DNA of 64,000 bases from Candidatus Latescibacterota bacterium. GTDB taxonomy: Bacteria; Latescibacterota; UBA2968; UBA8231. The notes under the pieces were generated by a model. It was not told where the DNA came from. It saw only the letters and a program-made list of their open reading frames with translations, and did not search any database. The stretch covers positions 4,384,001 to 4,448,000 of the forward strand of contig OZ220089.1 in the NCBI GenBank assembly GCA_964291625.2, written 5' to 3'. Below are positions 7,883 to 17,327 of the stretch, in pieces (the stretch's first letter is position 1; the number at the start of each line of letters is the position of its first letter). Both the position numbers and the translations under genes were made by a program.

Positions 7883-10366
7883 ATGAACGACTACGAGCCC
7901 GTGGAGCTGACCTCCTTCTGCAACGCTGGCGCCGATCTCTTCGGGGCGGCGGTGCCCACCGGACAGCAGAGCTGGCAGGGACTGCCTTTCCAGGTGGGCG
8001 GCGGCGGCGAGCACTGCCTCGTCGCCTTCGGTCCGGGGCACCGGACCTCCAGCCTGAGGATCCCCGTCGGGCGTTCCGCCCGCCACGTCGTCTTCGCCCA
8101 CCGGCTGGCCGAGTCCCGCATCCGGGAGGGCGCCCCCACGGGCGACACCGTGGCCACCTACCACTTCCACCTGGCGGGCGGCGAGGTCGTCCCGGCGCCG
8201 CAGCGCGAACGCTTCGAGATCTGCACCGTGCCCGGCGACGGCGGCCGCCCCTTCGTCGCCTTCCCCGACCAGAAGGACGAGCTGCTGCCGCGCTGGGAGG
8301 GCCGCTGGGACGCGGCCGGCCGGCGGCAGACGGAGACGGCGGCGGCCAGCAACGCCCACTTCGCCCTCTACGTCTGGTCGAACCCGCACCCGGAGCAGGA
8401 GCTGGAGGCGATCGAGGTGGAACCGGGGGACCGGGTCTTCGCCGTGGGCGCCGTCACCCTCGGGCGCGCCGACGAGTTCCCCATCTGCCGCGAGGGGCTG
8501 CGCGACGTGCGCATCACCCTCACCGATCCCGAGGCCGCGGACCGTCCCTTCGACCTCGAGGTCGAGGTCGACCGCGGCGTCACCACCTATCCGTACCCAC
8601 TCTCGCGGAAGACGCCGGAGGCGTTCGTCGGCGACCGCAAGGGCTGGGGCGAGGCCCGGAACCCGTCCAGCAGCCCCGCGGGCCTGCAGATCGCGGCCTC
8701 CCCATCGGCGACGGTGAAGGTCAGCCAGGACGGCGAGCCCGTGGGCGAGGCCCGCTGGGGCGACGTGGTCGAGACGGGGTCGGCGGAGAGCGCCGACGGC
8801 CGCGTGCTGGTCGAGATGATCGACCACGGCCGCAACTGGGTGCGCACCCGGGTCCTCGACGGACGGACCGGCCGGCCGGTGCCGTGCCGCATCCACTTCC
8901 GCTCTCCCGAGGGGGTGGCCTACGCCCCCCACGGCCATCACGGGCACGTCAACTCCGACATGGACAGCTGGCACATCGACGTCGGCGGCGACGTGCGCAT
9001 GGGGCAGCTCTCCTACGCCTACACCGACGGCACCTGCCAGGGCTGGCTGCCCCGGGGCCGGGTGATCGTCGACGTGGCCCGGGGCTTCGAGTACGAGCCC
9101 CTCCGCCGGGAGGTGGAGATCGAGCCCGGCCAGACCGAGCTGGAGCTGACCCTCGACCGCTGGGTCGACATGAACGGCGAGGGCTGGTACTCGGGCGACT
9201 CCCACGTCCACTTCCTCTCCGCCCAGGGCAGCCACCTGGAGGCCAACGGCGAGGACCTGGACGTGGTCAACATGCTCCAGTCCCAGTGGGGCAGCCTGTT
9301 CACCGACACCCAGGAGTTCACCGGCGGCGTCTCCAGCGACGGCGAGAGCCTGGTCTACGTCTCCCAGGAGAACCGCCAGCACTTCCTCGGGCACCTGATC
9401 CTGTGGGGCCTCAAGGAGCCGGTCATGCCCTGGTGCTCGGACGGGCCCGGCGAGGCCGAGATCGGCGGCACCCTGGAGGTGACCATGTCCGACTGGGCGG
9501 ACCAGTGCCGCGGCCAGGGCGGCACGGTGGTGATCCCCCACCTGCCCAACCCCAACGGCGAGCCGGCGACCCTGATCGCCACGGGGCGGGCCGACGCCGT
9601 GGAGATGCTGCGCCACGGCCCCTTCGAGCACCAGGAGTATTACCGGTACCTCAACTGCGGCTACCGCCTGCCCCTGGTGGGCGGCACCGACAAGATGTCG
9701 AACGAGGTGCCCGTGGGGCTCTACCGCACCTACGTGCGCATCCCCGAGGACGAGCCTTTCACCTACGACAACTGGTGCGCCAACGTCGCCCGGGGCCGCA
9801 CCTTCCACAGCGGCGGCCCGATCCTGCGGCTGAAGGTGGACGGCTGCGACATCGGCGACACCCTGCGCCTGCCCGGCAACGGCGGCACCGTGGAGGTCGA
9901 GGCCCGGGCCGAGTCGGTGGTGCCGATCCACACCCTGCAGATCGTGCAGGAGGGGCGAGTGGTCGCCTCGGCCGACGACGCCGGCGGCACCCGCGCCCTG
10001 AGAGTGGAGGCGAAGGTCGAGGTGAAGGGGAACTCGTGGATCGCGGCGCGCTGCGCCGGACCCGGGTACACGGGGGTCGCGCACCACGACGGCTGGGGCC
10101 GGTCGATCATGGCCCACACCTCGCCGGTCTACCTGGCCTGCGGCGACGGCGAGTGGTGGATGTTCGACGAGAGCACCGCCCAGTACATGCTCACCCTCGT
10201 CGACGGCTGCCTCCAGTACATCCGCGGCCAGAGCCGCCAGCACGCGCCGGGCACCGCCACCCATCACCACGGCGGCGGCGACCACATGGCCTACCTGGAG
10301 TCCCCCTTCCTGGAGGCGCGGGAAGCGATCCACCGCCGCCTCCACCAGCACCGCATCCCACACTGA
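7883..10366 (+). CDS. CehA/McbA-family (PHP-like) metallohydrolase
   Basis: WYSGDSHVH, GHLILWG, GGTVVIPH, YYRYLNCGYRLPLVGGTD, RTYV, GRTF and AHTSPVY motifs. Confidence 0.8.
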   Translation: MNDYEPVELTSFCNAGADLFGAAVPTGQQSWQGLPFQVGGGGEHCLVAFGPGHRTSSLRIPVGRSARHVVFAHRLAESRIREGAPTGDTVATYHFHLAGGEVVPAPQRERFEICTVPGDGGRPFVAFPDQKDELLPRWEGRWDAAGRRQTETAAASNAHFALYVWSNPHPEQELEAIEVEPGDRVFAVGAVTLGRADEFPICREGLRDVRITLTDPEAADRPFDLEVEVDRGVTTYPYPLSRKTPEAFVGDRKGWGEARNPSSSPAGLQIAASPSATVKVSQDGEPVGEARWGDVVETGSAESADGRVLVEMIDHGRNWVRTRVLDGRTGRPVPCRIHFRSPEGVAYAPHGHHGHVNSDMDSWHIDVGGDVRMGQLSYAYTDGTCQGWLPRGRVIVDVARGFEYEPLRREVEIEPGQTELELTLDRWVDMNGEGWYSGDSHVHFLSAQGSHLEANGEDLDVVNMLQSQWGSLFTDTQEFTGGVSSDGESLVYVSQENRQHFLGHLILWGLKEPVMPWCSDGPGEAEIGGTLEVTMSDWADQCRGQGGTVVIPHLPNPNGEPATLIATGRADAVEMLRHGPFEHQEYYRYLNCGYRLPLVGGTDKMSNEVPVGLYRTYVRIPEDEPFTYDNWCANVARGRTFHSGGPILRLKVDGCDIGDTLRLPGNGGTVEVEARAESVVPIHTLQIVQEGRVVASADDAGGTRALRVEAKVEVKGNSWIAARCAGPGYTGVAHHDGWGRSIMAHTSPVYLACGDGEWWMFDESTAQYMLTLVDGCLQYIRGQSRQHAPGTATHHHGGGDHMAYLESPFLEAREAIHRRLHQHRIPH

Positions 10367-10380
10367 GAGGTGGAGTCCGA

Positions 10381-11208
10381 ATGATCGTCGACAGTCATCT
10401 GCACGTCTGGAGCGCCGACCTGGAGCGCTATCCCGTGGCCAAGGGCCGCGAGCCCCGGGAGGCGGCGCCCGTGGAGCTGCTCAACGAGAACATGGCCGCC
10501 GCCGGCGTCGACCAGGCCGTGATCGTGCAGGCGATCGGGTACATGCACGACAACCGCTACGTGGCCGACTGCCTGCGGCGGTTCCCGGGCCGCTTCGCGG
10601 GCACGGCCCTCATCGACCACAAGGCGCCGGACGCCCCGGACGTCCTCGAGAGGCTCGTGCGCGAGGACGGCTTCGCCGGACTGCGGATCCACCTGGCGTC
10701 GCGGGTCGACCACCCCTCCCTGTGGGCGACGCCCGACCAGGACCCCTTGTGGAGGAAGGCCGAGGAGCTGGGCGCCAGCATGACCCTCTACGGCCCCGCC
10801 TCCCACCTGGAGGTGGTGGAGCCGATCGTGGCCCGCTTCCCCGGCGTCAGGATCGTCCTCGACCACGTGGGCGGGGTGCCCCGTCCTGACGAGGACGACC
10901 ACGACCGCCTCCTCGAATACGTGGTCGGGTTCGCGCGCCACGAGCACGTCCACGTCAAGTTCACTCCCCAGCGCCACCGCTCGCAGGAACCGTTCCCCCA
11001 CCGCGACACCTTCGACCTCTACCGGAGGCTCTTCGACGCCTACGGCCCCCAAAGGGTCATGTGGGGGACGAACTTCCCGGGGGTGCTGAGCAGCACGGGG
11101 TACGCCCCCGCCCTGGAGCTCTTCCAGCGCCACCTCGACTTCCTCACCGACGAGGACCGCCGCTGGCTGCTGGGCGAGACGGCTCGGGAGGTCTTCAACC
11201 TGCGCTGA
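10381..11208 (+). CDS. Amidohydrolase family 2 protein
   Basis: MIVDSHLHVW, GVDQAVIVQ, IVLDHVG and RVMWGTNFP motifs; GAGGTGGAG RBS. Confidence 0.88.
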   Translation: MIVDSHLHVWSADLERYPVAKGREPREAAPVELLNENMAAAGVDQAVIVQAIGYMHDNRYVADCLRRFPGRFAGTALIDHKAPDAPDVLERLVREDGFAGLRIHLASRVDHPSLWATPDQDPLWRKAEELGASMTLYGPASHLEVVEPIVARFPGVRIVLDHVGGVPRPDEDDHDRLLEYVVGFARHEHVHVKFTPQRHRSQEPFPHRDTFDLYRRLFDAYGPQRVMWGTNFPGVLSSTGYAPALELFQRHLDFLTDEDRRWLLGETAREVFNLR

Positions 11209-11226
11209 CCGGTGGCCGCGGCAGGC

Positions 11227-12462
11227 TCAGGAGGCCAGGACCCGCCCCTCCTTCTCAACGCGGGCGTACATCTCCTCGAACCCCGGGGTGCCGTCGTCCT
11301 CCCAGAGCTCGGAACGGAAGCCGCGGAGGCCGGCCTCCTCGGTGCCGGTGACGCTCGTGGGCGAGACGTAGCCCCGGCCGTACCAGGTGGCGCCCCCGGG
11401 CATGTGCAGGATGCCGACGTGGCGGGGACGCTCGGCCGGGGCCTGCGCCGCGAGGCGCTCCACGGCGGACTCGTCCACCTCGTACCCGAGGCCGATCCCG
11501 GTGGGGACGGGCGAGGATCCTTCGACGACGGGGATCGTCTCCGTGGTCACGTCCTCCTCGTACTGGTCGTCGAGGTTGATCGAGTGGGCCGAGTGGCTCG
11601 GCAGGACGGCGGCCATGTGCATGGCCATCGCCTTGCCCAGGGTGCCCGACTCGTGCTGCAGGATCACCTGGATGTTGGCCCGGCCCAGGGCCCAGCCCGT
11701 GGTCATCGTCTCGTACATGGTGCCGCCGATCATGTAGATATCGGCCAGGTCCTGCCGGTACTCCAGCACGCCGCCCTGGGGCGTGCCGTGCATGATGATG
11801 GGGATGCGGCTCTTGCGGCGGATCGCCGCCCAGCCCTCGACGTCGCCCTTCAGGATGGGGTCCTCGACGTAGCCGACGATGGGGTGGTTGCGCTCCAGCT
11901 CGGCGATGATCGGCAGCACCGCGCCGAGGGAGCGGTTGTGGTTGAAGTCGTAGTGGATGCGGAAGCCGTCGGGGGCCACGGCCTCGGCCGCCCGGGTCTG
12001 CTCGAAGACGTCGTGGTAGGTGCAGGTGTGGATCTTGAAGGTGCGGTAGCCCTGGGCGGCGGCGCGCTGGATCTCGGCGGCGAACTGCTCGGGAGAGGCG
12101 GGCCGGGTCCAGGCCGCTACGGGCACCCAGTCCCGCCGCTTCGGCCCCATGAGCTTCCAGGCCGGCACCTCCAGGCACTTGCCCATCAGGTCGTAGGCCG
12201 CCGTGTTCAGGCCGCCGGAGAGGTTGCCGTTTAGGAAGTCGAAGGGGTCGCGCCCCACCAGCTCCTGGCCCATGTCGGCGGCCGGCTCGAACCAGGGGCG
12301 GACCCGCTGGTCGCCCCAGCCCACGATCCCGGAGTCGGCGGCCACGCGGAAGAGCAGCCGGCAATCGATGCCGTAGAGGTCGACCACGCGGTCGGCGTAG
12401 CGGCGGGCCAGCCTGGGGTAGATGGGGATGACGTCGACGGAGGTGATACGGTGGCCGGACAT
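11227..12462 (-). CDS. Mandelate racemase/muconate lactonizing enzyme (enolase superfamily) protein
   Basis: AAYDLMGKCLEVPAWKLMG, FKIH, DFNH, EDP and PTGIGLGYEVDE motifs. Confidence 0.85.
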   Translation of the reverse strand: MSGHRITSVDVIPIYPRLARRYADRVVDLYGIDCRLLFRVAADSGIVGWGDQRVRPWFEPAADMGQELVGRDPFDFLNGNLSGGLNTAAYDLMGKCLEVPAWKLMGPKRRDWVPVAAWTRPASPEQFAAEIQRAAAQGYRTFKIHTCTYHDVFEQTRAAEAVAPDGFRIHYDFNHNRSLGAVLPIIAELERNHPIVGYVEDPILKGDVEGWAAIRRKSRIPIIMHGTPQGGVLEYRQDLADIYMIGGTMYETMTTGWALGRANIQVILQHESGTLGKAMAMHMAAVLPSHSAHSINLDDQYEEDVTTETIPVVEGSSPVPTGIGLGYEVDESAVERLAAQAPAERPRHVGILHMPGGATWYGRGYVSPTSVTGTEEAGLRGFRSELWEDDGTPGFEEMYARVEKEGRVLAS

Positions 12463-12613
12463 GGGAACTCCTTTTCCGTTGCCGGGTCGGTGACGGCGGG
12501 CCCGAAAACTGTTCGCCCCGGCCGCTCTTGTCTACCCGTTCCCTGCGACGTTGTTTCCACCGCCGCCGTTTGGCCACCGAGACCGCACCGCATCTGATGA
12601 GGGGAGTTCCGGA

Positions 12614-13420
12614 ATGAAGGTGGGTTTGTACGCATCGATGTTCGGCAAGGACCGCAACAGCTTTCCGGACATCGAGAGCTTCATCAACCTGGCTTACGAG
12701 CTGCGCCTCGACGTGATCGACCTGCGCAGCGACGTCGGCTTCGAGGAGCACGGGTCCGGCTACCTGCTCCGGACCAAGATGAGCTGCCTGCGCAAGGGGC
12801 TGAGCATCGGCTACCTGGCCACGGGGGGGCACTTCGTGGGCTCCGAGGAGGAGCTGGAGGAGAAGGTCCAGCGGGTGCGCACCGACGTGGACGTGGCCGT
12901 CGCCCTCGGAGCGCCCATGGTGCGCGTGTTCTGCGGCTCCACGCCCGACGACGCCGAGACCCGGCGCCGCGAGGTGGAGTGCTTCCAGGCCTGCTGCGAC
13001 TACGCCGCCTCGCACAGCATCGCCGTGGGCCTGCAGAACCACCCGTGCACCGGAGACGGGGTGCTGAGGCTGTTCGACGAGGTGGAGCGCGACAACTTCA
13101 CCTTCATCCTCGACACCGGCCAGTGGGAGGGCTCGCCGGCGCGCACCCAGGGGCGGCCCGACCCCGACCACGACATCTACCGCTACATGGAGCAGACGGC
13201 GCACCACGCCTCCCACGTGCGCGCCAAGTTCTACAAGATGGACTCCGGCCGCGAGGAGTGGCTCGACTACGACCGCATCGTCGACACCCTCGCCGGGGCC
13301 GGGTTCAACGGCACCCTGGGGGTCGTCTTCGAGGGCAAGGACGTCAACACCTGCGACGACCGCGAGGTGCTCACGCTGGCGGCCGCCCAGCTCCGCCGGC
13401 TCGTGGGAGAGCGGTCTTGA
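12614..13420 (+). CDS. Sugar-phosphate isomerase/epimerase (xylose isomerase-like TIM barrel)
   Basis: LGAPMVRVFCG, GLQNH, LDTGQW and LDYDRIV...GFNG...VFEG motifs. Confidence 0.82.
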   Translation: MKVGLYASMFGKDRNSFPDIESFINLAYELRLDVIDLRSDVGFEEHGSGYLLRTKMSCLRKGLSIGYLATGGHFVGSEEELEEKVQRVRTDVDVAVALGAPMVRVFCGSTPDDAETRRREVECFQACCDYAASHSIAVGLQNHPCTGDGVLRLFDEVERDNFTFILDTGQWEGSPARTQGRPDPDHDIYRYMEQTAHHASHVRAKFYKMDSGREEWLDYDRIVDTLAGAGFNGTLGVVFEGKDVNTCDDREVLTLAAAQLRRLVGERS

Positions 13421-14418
13421 ACCGCCCACCCGGGGAGTACGTCCTGGTCGCCGAGGAGCGCGAGCTGGCCTTCCTCACCGAGTGCCTGGTCAAGTCGGGG
13501 ATGAAGAGCCGGGACCACGCGGCGCAGACGGCGCGGCTCCTGACCAACTCCGAGTTGCGGGGGGTGCGCAGCCACGGCATCAACTTCGTCCCCGGGTACT
13601 GCCGCCACTTCCGGGAGGGCCGCCTCAACCCCGACCCCCGCATCCGCGTCGTCCACGAAACGGCGACGACGGCGATCGTCGACGGCGACGGGGGCCTCGG
13701 GTACGTGCCCTCCCTGCTGGCCGCGGACAAGGCCGTCGAGAAGGCGAAGTCCGCCGGCGTCGGCCTCGGCCTCGTCCGCGGCATCGGCCACTACGGGTCG
13801 GCCGGGCACTACACGCGCCGGTGCATGGAGGCCGGGTGCATCGGCTTCTCGGTGCAGGGGTACCGCGGCGCCGGCGGCCAGCCGGGCCAGGACCCCAAGC
13901 CCTCGGCGGGCTGGACCGGGGCGCCGCCCATGTCCTTCTCCATCCCCGCCGGCGGCGAGCCCGGCATCGTCCTCGACATGGTGGCCCACGCCGTCTCCGG
14001 CGAGAGCCGGGAGAAGGTGGAGGACCTGCTCGAGCGGGTGCCGGCCACCTTCTTCAAGAGCATGGGCCTGGTGGCGGCGTCCACCCTCATGGGCGGCGCC
14101 CTGGCGGGGGTCACCCTTCCCGAGGCGGACGAGATCGTCGAGCGCTGGCCGGGGGCCAATCTCGGCGGCATGGTCCTGGCCATCGACGTGGCCGGCCACC
14201 TCCCCGAGGAGGCCTTCCACGCCGAGGTCGACCGCTACGTGAGCGCCATCCGCGACAACTACGCGCCCCTGCCCGGGTACGACGAGGTCCTCCTTCCCGG
14301 GCACGTGGAGGCGCGGACCATGGAGCTTCACCGCCGCGAGGGGACCCGCTTCGGAGAGCACGAGCAGCGGGCGGCGAGGGATCTGAGCGAATACCTGGAC
14401 GTTCCTCTGCCGTGGTGA
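13417..14418 (+). CDS. Ldh_2 (malate/L-lactate/ureidoglycolate dehydrogenase-like) oxidoreductase
   Basis: ELRGVRSHG, VDGDGGLG, GHYGSAGHY, VLDM and VLLPG motifs. TTG start overlaps the upstream stop. Confidence 0.85.
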   Translation: MNRPPGEYVLVAEERELAFLTECLVKSGMKSRDHAAQTARLLTNSELRGVRSHGINFVPGYCRHFREGRLNPDPRIRVVHETATTAIVDGDGGLGYVPSLLAADKAVEKAKSAGVGLGLVRGIGHYGSAGHYTRRCMEAGCIGFSVQGYRGAGGQPGQDPKPSAGWTGAPPMSFSIPAGGEPGIVLDMVAHAVSGESREKVEDLLERVPATFFKSMGLVAASTLMGGALAGVTLPEADEIVERWPGANLGGMVLAIDVAGHLPEEAFHAEVDRYVSAIRDNYAPLPGYDEVLLPGHVEARTMELHRREGTRFGEHEQRAARDLSEYLDVPLPW

Positions 14419-14527
14419 CGCCCGGGGGGCGCCGCCTTGCCCTCACCGTCGTCTCTGCGGAGTTTCGCATGAGGACGGCGGGGGCCGTGAGGGCCCCCCT
14501 CTGCCACTGGAGAACGACGACGGCCCC

Positions 14528-15460
14528 ATGAGACGATTCACCCGCACGCCCTGTTACACCGGGCCCGACGATCCCGAGCGCGGCCAGGTACGCGGCCGGC
14601 TGCAGCTCGGAGAGACGGTGGTCATCGAGACGGTGGGCGGCCACGACCAGGACTACGCCAACCAGGACAGCCTCCTCCCGGGGGCGGTCTTCGAGGTCCG
14701 CGAGAAACGCGACTCCCGCCAGGGCGGCCCCTTCTACGTGGAGGGGATCGAGGCCGGCGACTGGCTCTCCCTGGAGATCATCGACATCGAGGTCGGGCCC
14801 TACGGGTTCTACCGCAACGGCGGGCCCCTGTGGGGCAGCATGCGCTGCGTGGCACCGGTGCGCGACGGGCTGGTGCACTTCCCGCCCGACTTCGTCGTGC
14901 CCGTCCGTCCCATGATCGGCTACGTGCGCCTGGAGTCGGTGGCCCCCTACGAGATCGACACGGGCGGCAACCTCGACTACAACTCCGTCCAGCCCGGCAG
15001 CACCGTCCACGTCCGCGCCCAGAAGAAAGGCGGCCTCTTCCTGCTCACCGACGTGCACGCCCGCATGGGCGACGGCGAGCTCACCGCCACGGGCGTGGAG
15101 ATCGACTCGGCGGTGACACTCAGGGTCGACCGGTCCCCGGGATTCCCCTGCCACGCCCCGGTGGTGGAGAAGAGCCGCCATGTCGAGGACGGAGAGGAGT
15201 GGCTCACCAGCGGCCAGGGGGGCAACTGGCAGGAGGCGGTGAAGGCGGCCTGGATCGACATGGTGGCCCTCATCGCCGACCGCTGCGACTGCACGGTGGA
15301 GCAGGCCAACCTGATCGTCGGCACCATCGCCGACGCCCGGCCCGGGTACTCGGCGGGGGATCTGAACGTCCGCGGCCGTCCCCATCCGGGCGGTTACATC
15401 ACCGTGCAGCTGGCGGTGACCAAGTCCCTGCGGCGCACGGGCACGCCGTACGTTCCCTGA
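14528..15460 (+). CDS. Acetamidase/formamidase family protein
   Basis: GPFYVEGIEAGD, PMIG, GGNLD and DVHARMGDGE motifs. Confidence 0.85.
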   Translation: MRRFTRTPCYTGPDDPERGQVRGRLQLGETVVIETVGGHDQDYANQDSLLPGAVFEVREKRDSRQGGPFYVEGIEAGDWLSLEIIDIEVGPYGFYRNGGPLWGSMRCVAPVRDGLVHFPPDFVVPVRPMIGYVRLESVAPYEIDTGGNLDYNSVQPGSTVHVRAQKKGGLFLLTDVHARMGDGELTATGVEIDSAVTLRVDRSPGFPCHAPVVEKSRHVEDGEEWLTSGQGGNWQEAVKAAWIDMVALIADRCDCTVEQANLIVGTIADARPGYSAGDLNVRGRPHPGGYITVQLAVTKSLRRTGTPYVP

Positions 15461-15516
15461 GCCCGACTCGTCCCGGCCCGCGAATGCCAATACGCCAATC
15501 GGCGACAGGAGGAATC

Positions 15517-17283
15517 ATGCTGACATGGTTACTCGGCCTCGCACTCGCCCTGACCGTGCACGGCATGGCAGGTCCTGCCCATTCCCAGGACGAGGAAGAG
15601 CTGCAGAGGATGGTCGAGGAGCGCGAACAGGAGGAAGCGGAGCTGCAGAGGATCCCCGGGGCCGACCTGCCGGGGCGCGCCCAGGACCTGGTCTCCGGCA
15701 AGCTCCGCCTGCCCACCGGCGAGGAGGCGGAGAAGCTTCGCATCAGCCAGGACCGCGAAGTCGACCCGGAGACCTATATCGCCGGCCCCGGCGACGTTCT
15801 CCAGCTCTATATCTGGGGAGAGTTCGACCTCTCCTACATGGCGCAGGTCGATCCCGAGGGCACCGCCCTCATTCCCACGGTGGGCGCCTTCCACGTCTCG
15901 GGGATGTCCCTGGCCGACGGGAAGAAGCTGATCCTCGCCGCCGCGGAGGAGAAGTACCCCGGGGTGGAAATCACCCTCACCTTGGCGAGCATGCGCTTCT
16001 TCACCGCCTATGTCACGGGGGCCGTGCTGACCGAGGGCAGCTACACCGTGCATCCCACCACCCGGGTCTCGGATCTGATCGAGCGGGCCGGAGGGTTTGC
16101 CGACGAGCTGCGCGGGACCACGATCGAGGAGGAGGTGGGAGGAAAGCAGATCACCCGCGTGCGCCAGATCATCGACCAGCCCACCGCCCGCCGTTCGATC
16201 CGGGTGATCCACCGGGACGGCACGGCCAGCCTCGTCGATCTCGACATGTTCCTCTCCACGGGAGACGTGGCCCACAACCCCTACGTGCGGATGGGGGACG
16301 TGGTCCATGTGGCGTACCGAGACGAGACCGTATCCATCTTCGGGGCGGTGAACCAGGAGGGCTGGCAGGAGTACCGGCCGGGGGACACCATGGAGGACCT
16401 TGTCAACCTGGCAAAGGGGCTGCGCCAGGACGCCCCCCTCGTCAAGGTCGAGCTGTGGCGCTTCGAGGAGGGGACCGAAGAGGCCCATCTGGTCGAGTTG
16501 GGCAACGAGGCGGGAGAGGGCTTCGTGTTCGAGGACATCCGCCACTTCCCGCTGCGAGCGTACGACATGGTTTTTGTCCGGTCGCGCACACAGTGGCGGC
16601 ACACCCCCACCGTGATCGTCTATGGTGAAGTCCGCTACCGGGGGCGCTACCGCATCGACCCGGGAGTCACCCGGGTCAGAGACGCGGTCGCCCTGGCCGG
16701 TGGCCTGACCCGCCAGGCCTCCCTGATCGGAGCCAAGGTGATCCGAACCCGGCTGAGGGCCCAGGTCGACCCGGAGCTTGAGCGGCTGCGGAGCCTGAGG
16801 CGGGTGACGGGACTGGCGGACATGAGCGACGAAGACCGGGCCTATCTCAAGACGAAGGGCCGCGAGGAGCGCGGGAGGGCCGCTGTAGACTTCGAGCAGC
16901 TGTTCCTCGAAGATGACCAGGAGCAGAACATCCTACTCGAGAGCGGCGACGTCATCTACGTCCCCGCGCAGCGGCGCACGGTCACCGTCAGTGGCCAGGT
17001 GAGGAAGCCCGGGCTGATCGACTACGAGGAGGGCCGAGAGGTCGGCTTCTACCTGGAGAAGGCGGCCGGGTTCTCATACGACGCCGACCGGGGAGCCGCC
17101 CGACTCATCCGCGGGCGTTCCGGGCTCCGTGAGGAGTTGGAAGACGACCTGGTCCTCGAGCCCGGCGACGAGATCTGGGTGCCGCAAAGGGATCCGTTCG
17201 ATTACTGGGAGTTCACCCAGTCGACCATGCGTACCATCGCCGAAACGCTGACCTTGGTGGTACTGGTGCGGTCTCTTCAGTAA
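15517..17283 (+). CDS. Polysaccharide export protein with multiple SLBB domains (Wza/KpsD-like)
   Basis: Signal peptide, YIAGPGDVLQL...IPTVG, repeated VxGxVxxxGxY and LxxGDxIxVP; C-terminal amphipathic helix. Confidence 0.85.
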   Translation: MLTWLLGLALALTVHGMAGPAHSQDEEELQRMVEEREQEEAELQRIPGADLPGRAQDLVSGKLRLPTGEEAEKLRISQDREVDPETYIAGPGDVLQLYIWGEFDLSYMAQVDPEGTALIPTVGAFHVSGMSLADGKKLILAAAEEKYPGVEITLTLASMRFFTAYVTGAVLTEGSYTVHPTTRVSDLIERAGGFADELRGTTIEEEVGGKQITRVRQIIDQPTARRSIRVIHRDGTASLVDLDMFLSTGDVAHNPYVRMGDVVHVAYRDETVSIFGAVNQEGWQEYRPGDTMEDLVNLAKGLRQDAPLVKVELWRFEEGTEEAHLVELGNEAGEGFVFEDIRHFPLRAYDMVFVRSRTQWRHTPTVIVYGEVRYRGRYRIDPGVTRVRDAVALAGGLTRQASLIGAKVIRTRLRAQVDPELERLRSLRRVTGLADMSDEDRAYLKTKGREERGRAAVDFEQLFLEDDQEQNILLESGDVIYVPAQRRTVTVSGQVRKPGLIDYEEGREVGFYLEKAAGFSYDADRGAARLIRGRSGLREELEDDLVLEPGDEIWVPQRDPFDYWEFTQSTMRTIAETLTLVVLVRSLQ

Positions 17284-17327
17284 CCCTTCTCCTTCTCGCC
17301 TGAGACGATTCCAAGGGAGCACTCCCA

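Noticed and set aside
7744-10380. Apparent 1154-aa amidohydrolase fusion
   Set aside because: The upstream part is an Arg/Pro/Gly-rich alternate frame of the CehA/McbA gene; the real start is 10381.
12594-12620. CTGATGA resembling a hammerhead ribozyme core
   Set aside because: No properly placed GAAA or supporting stems; the segment overlaps the RBS and start codon.
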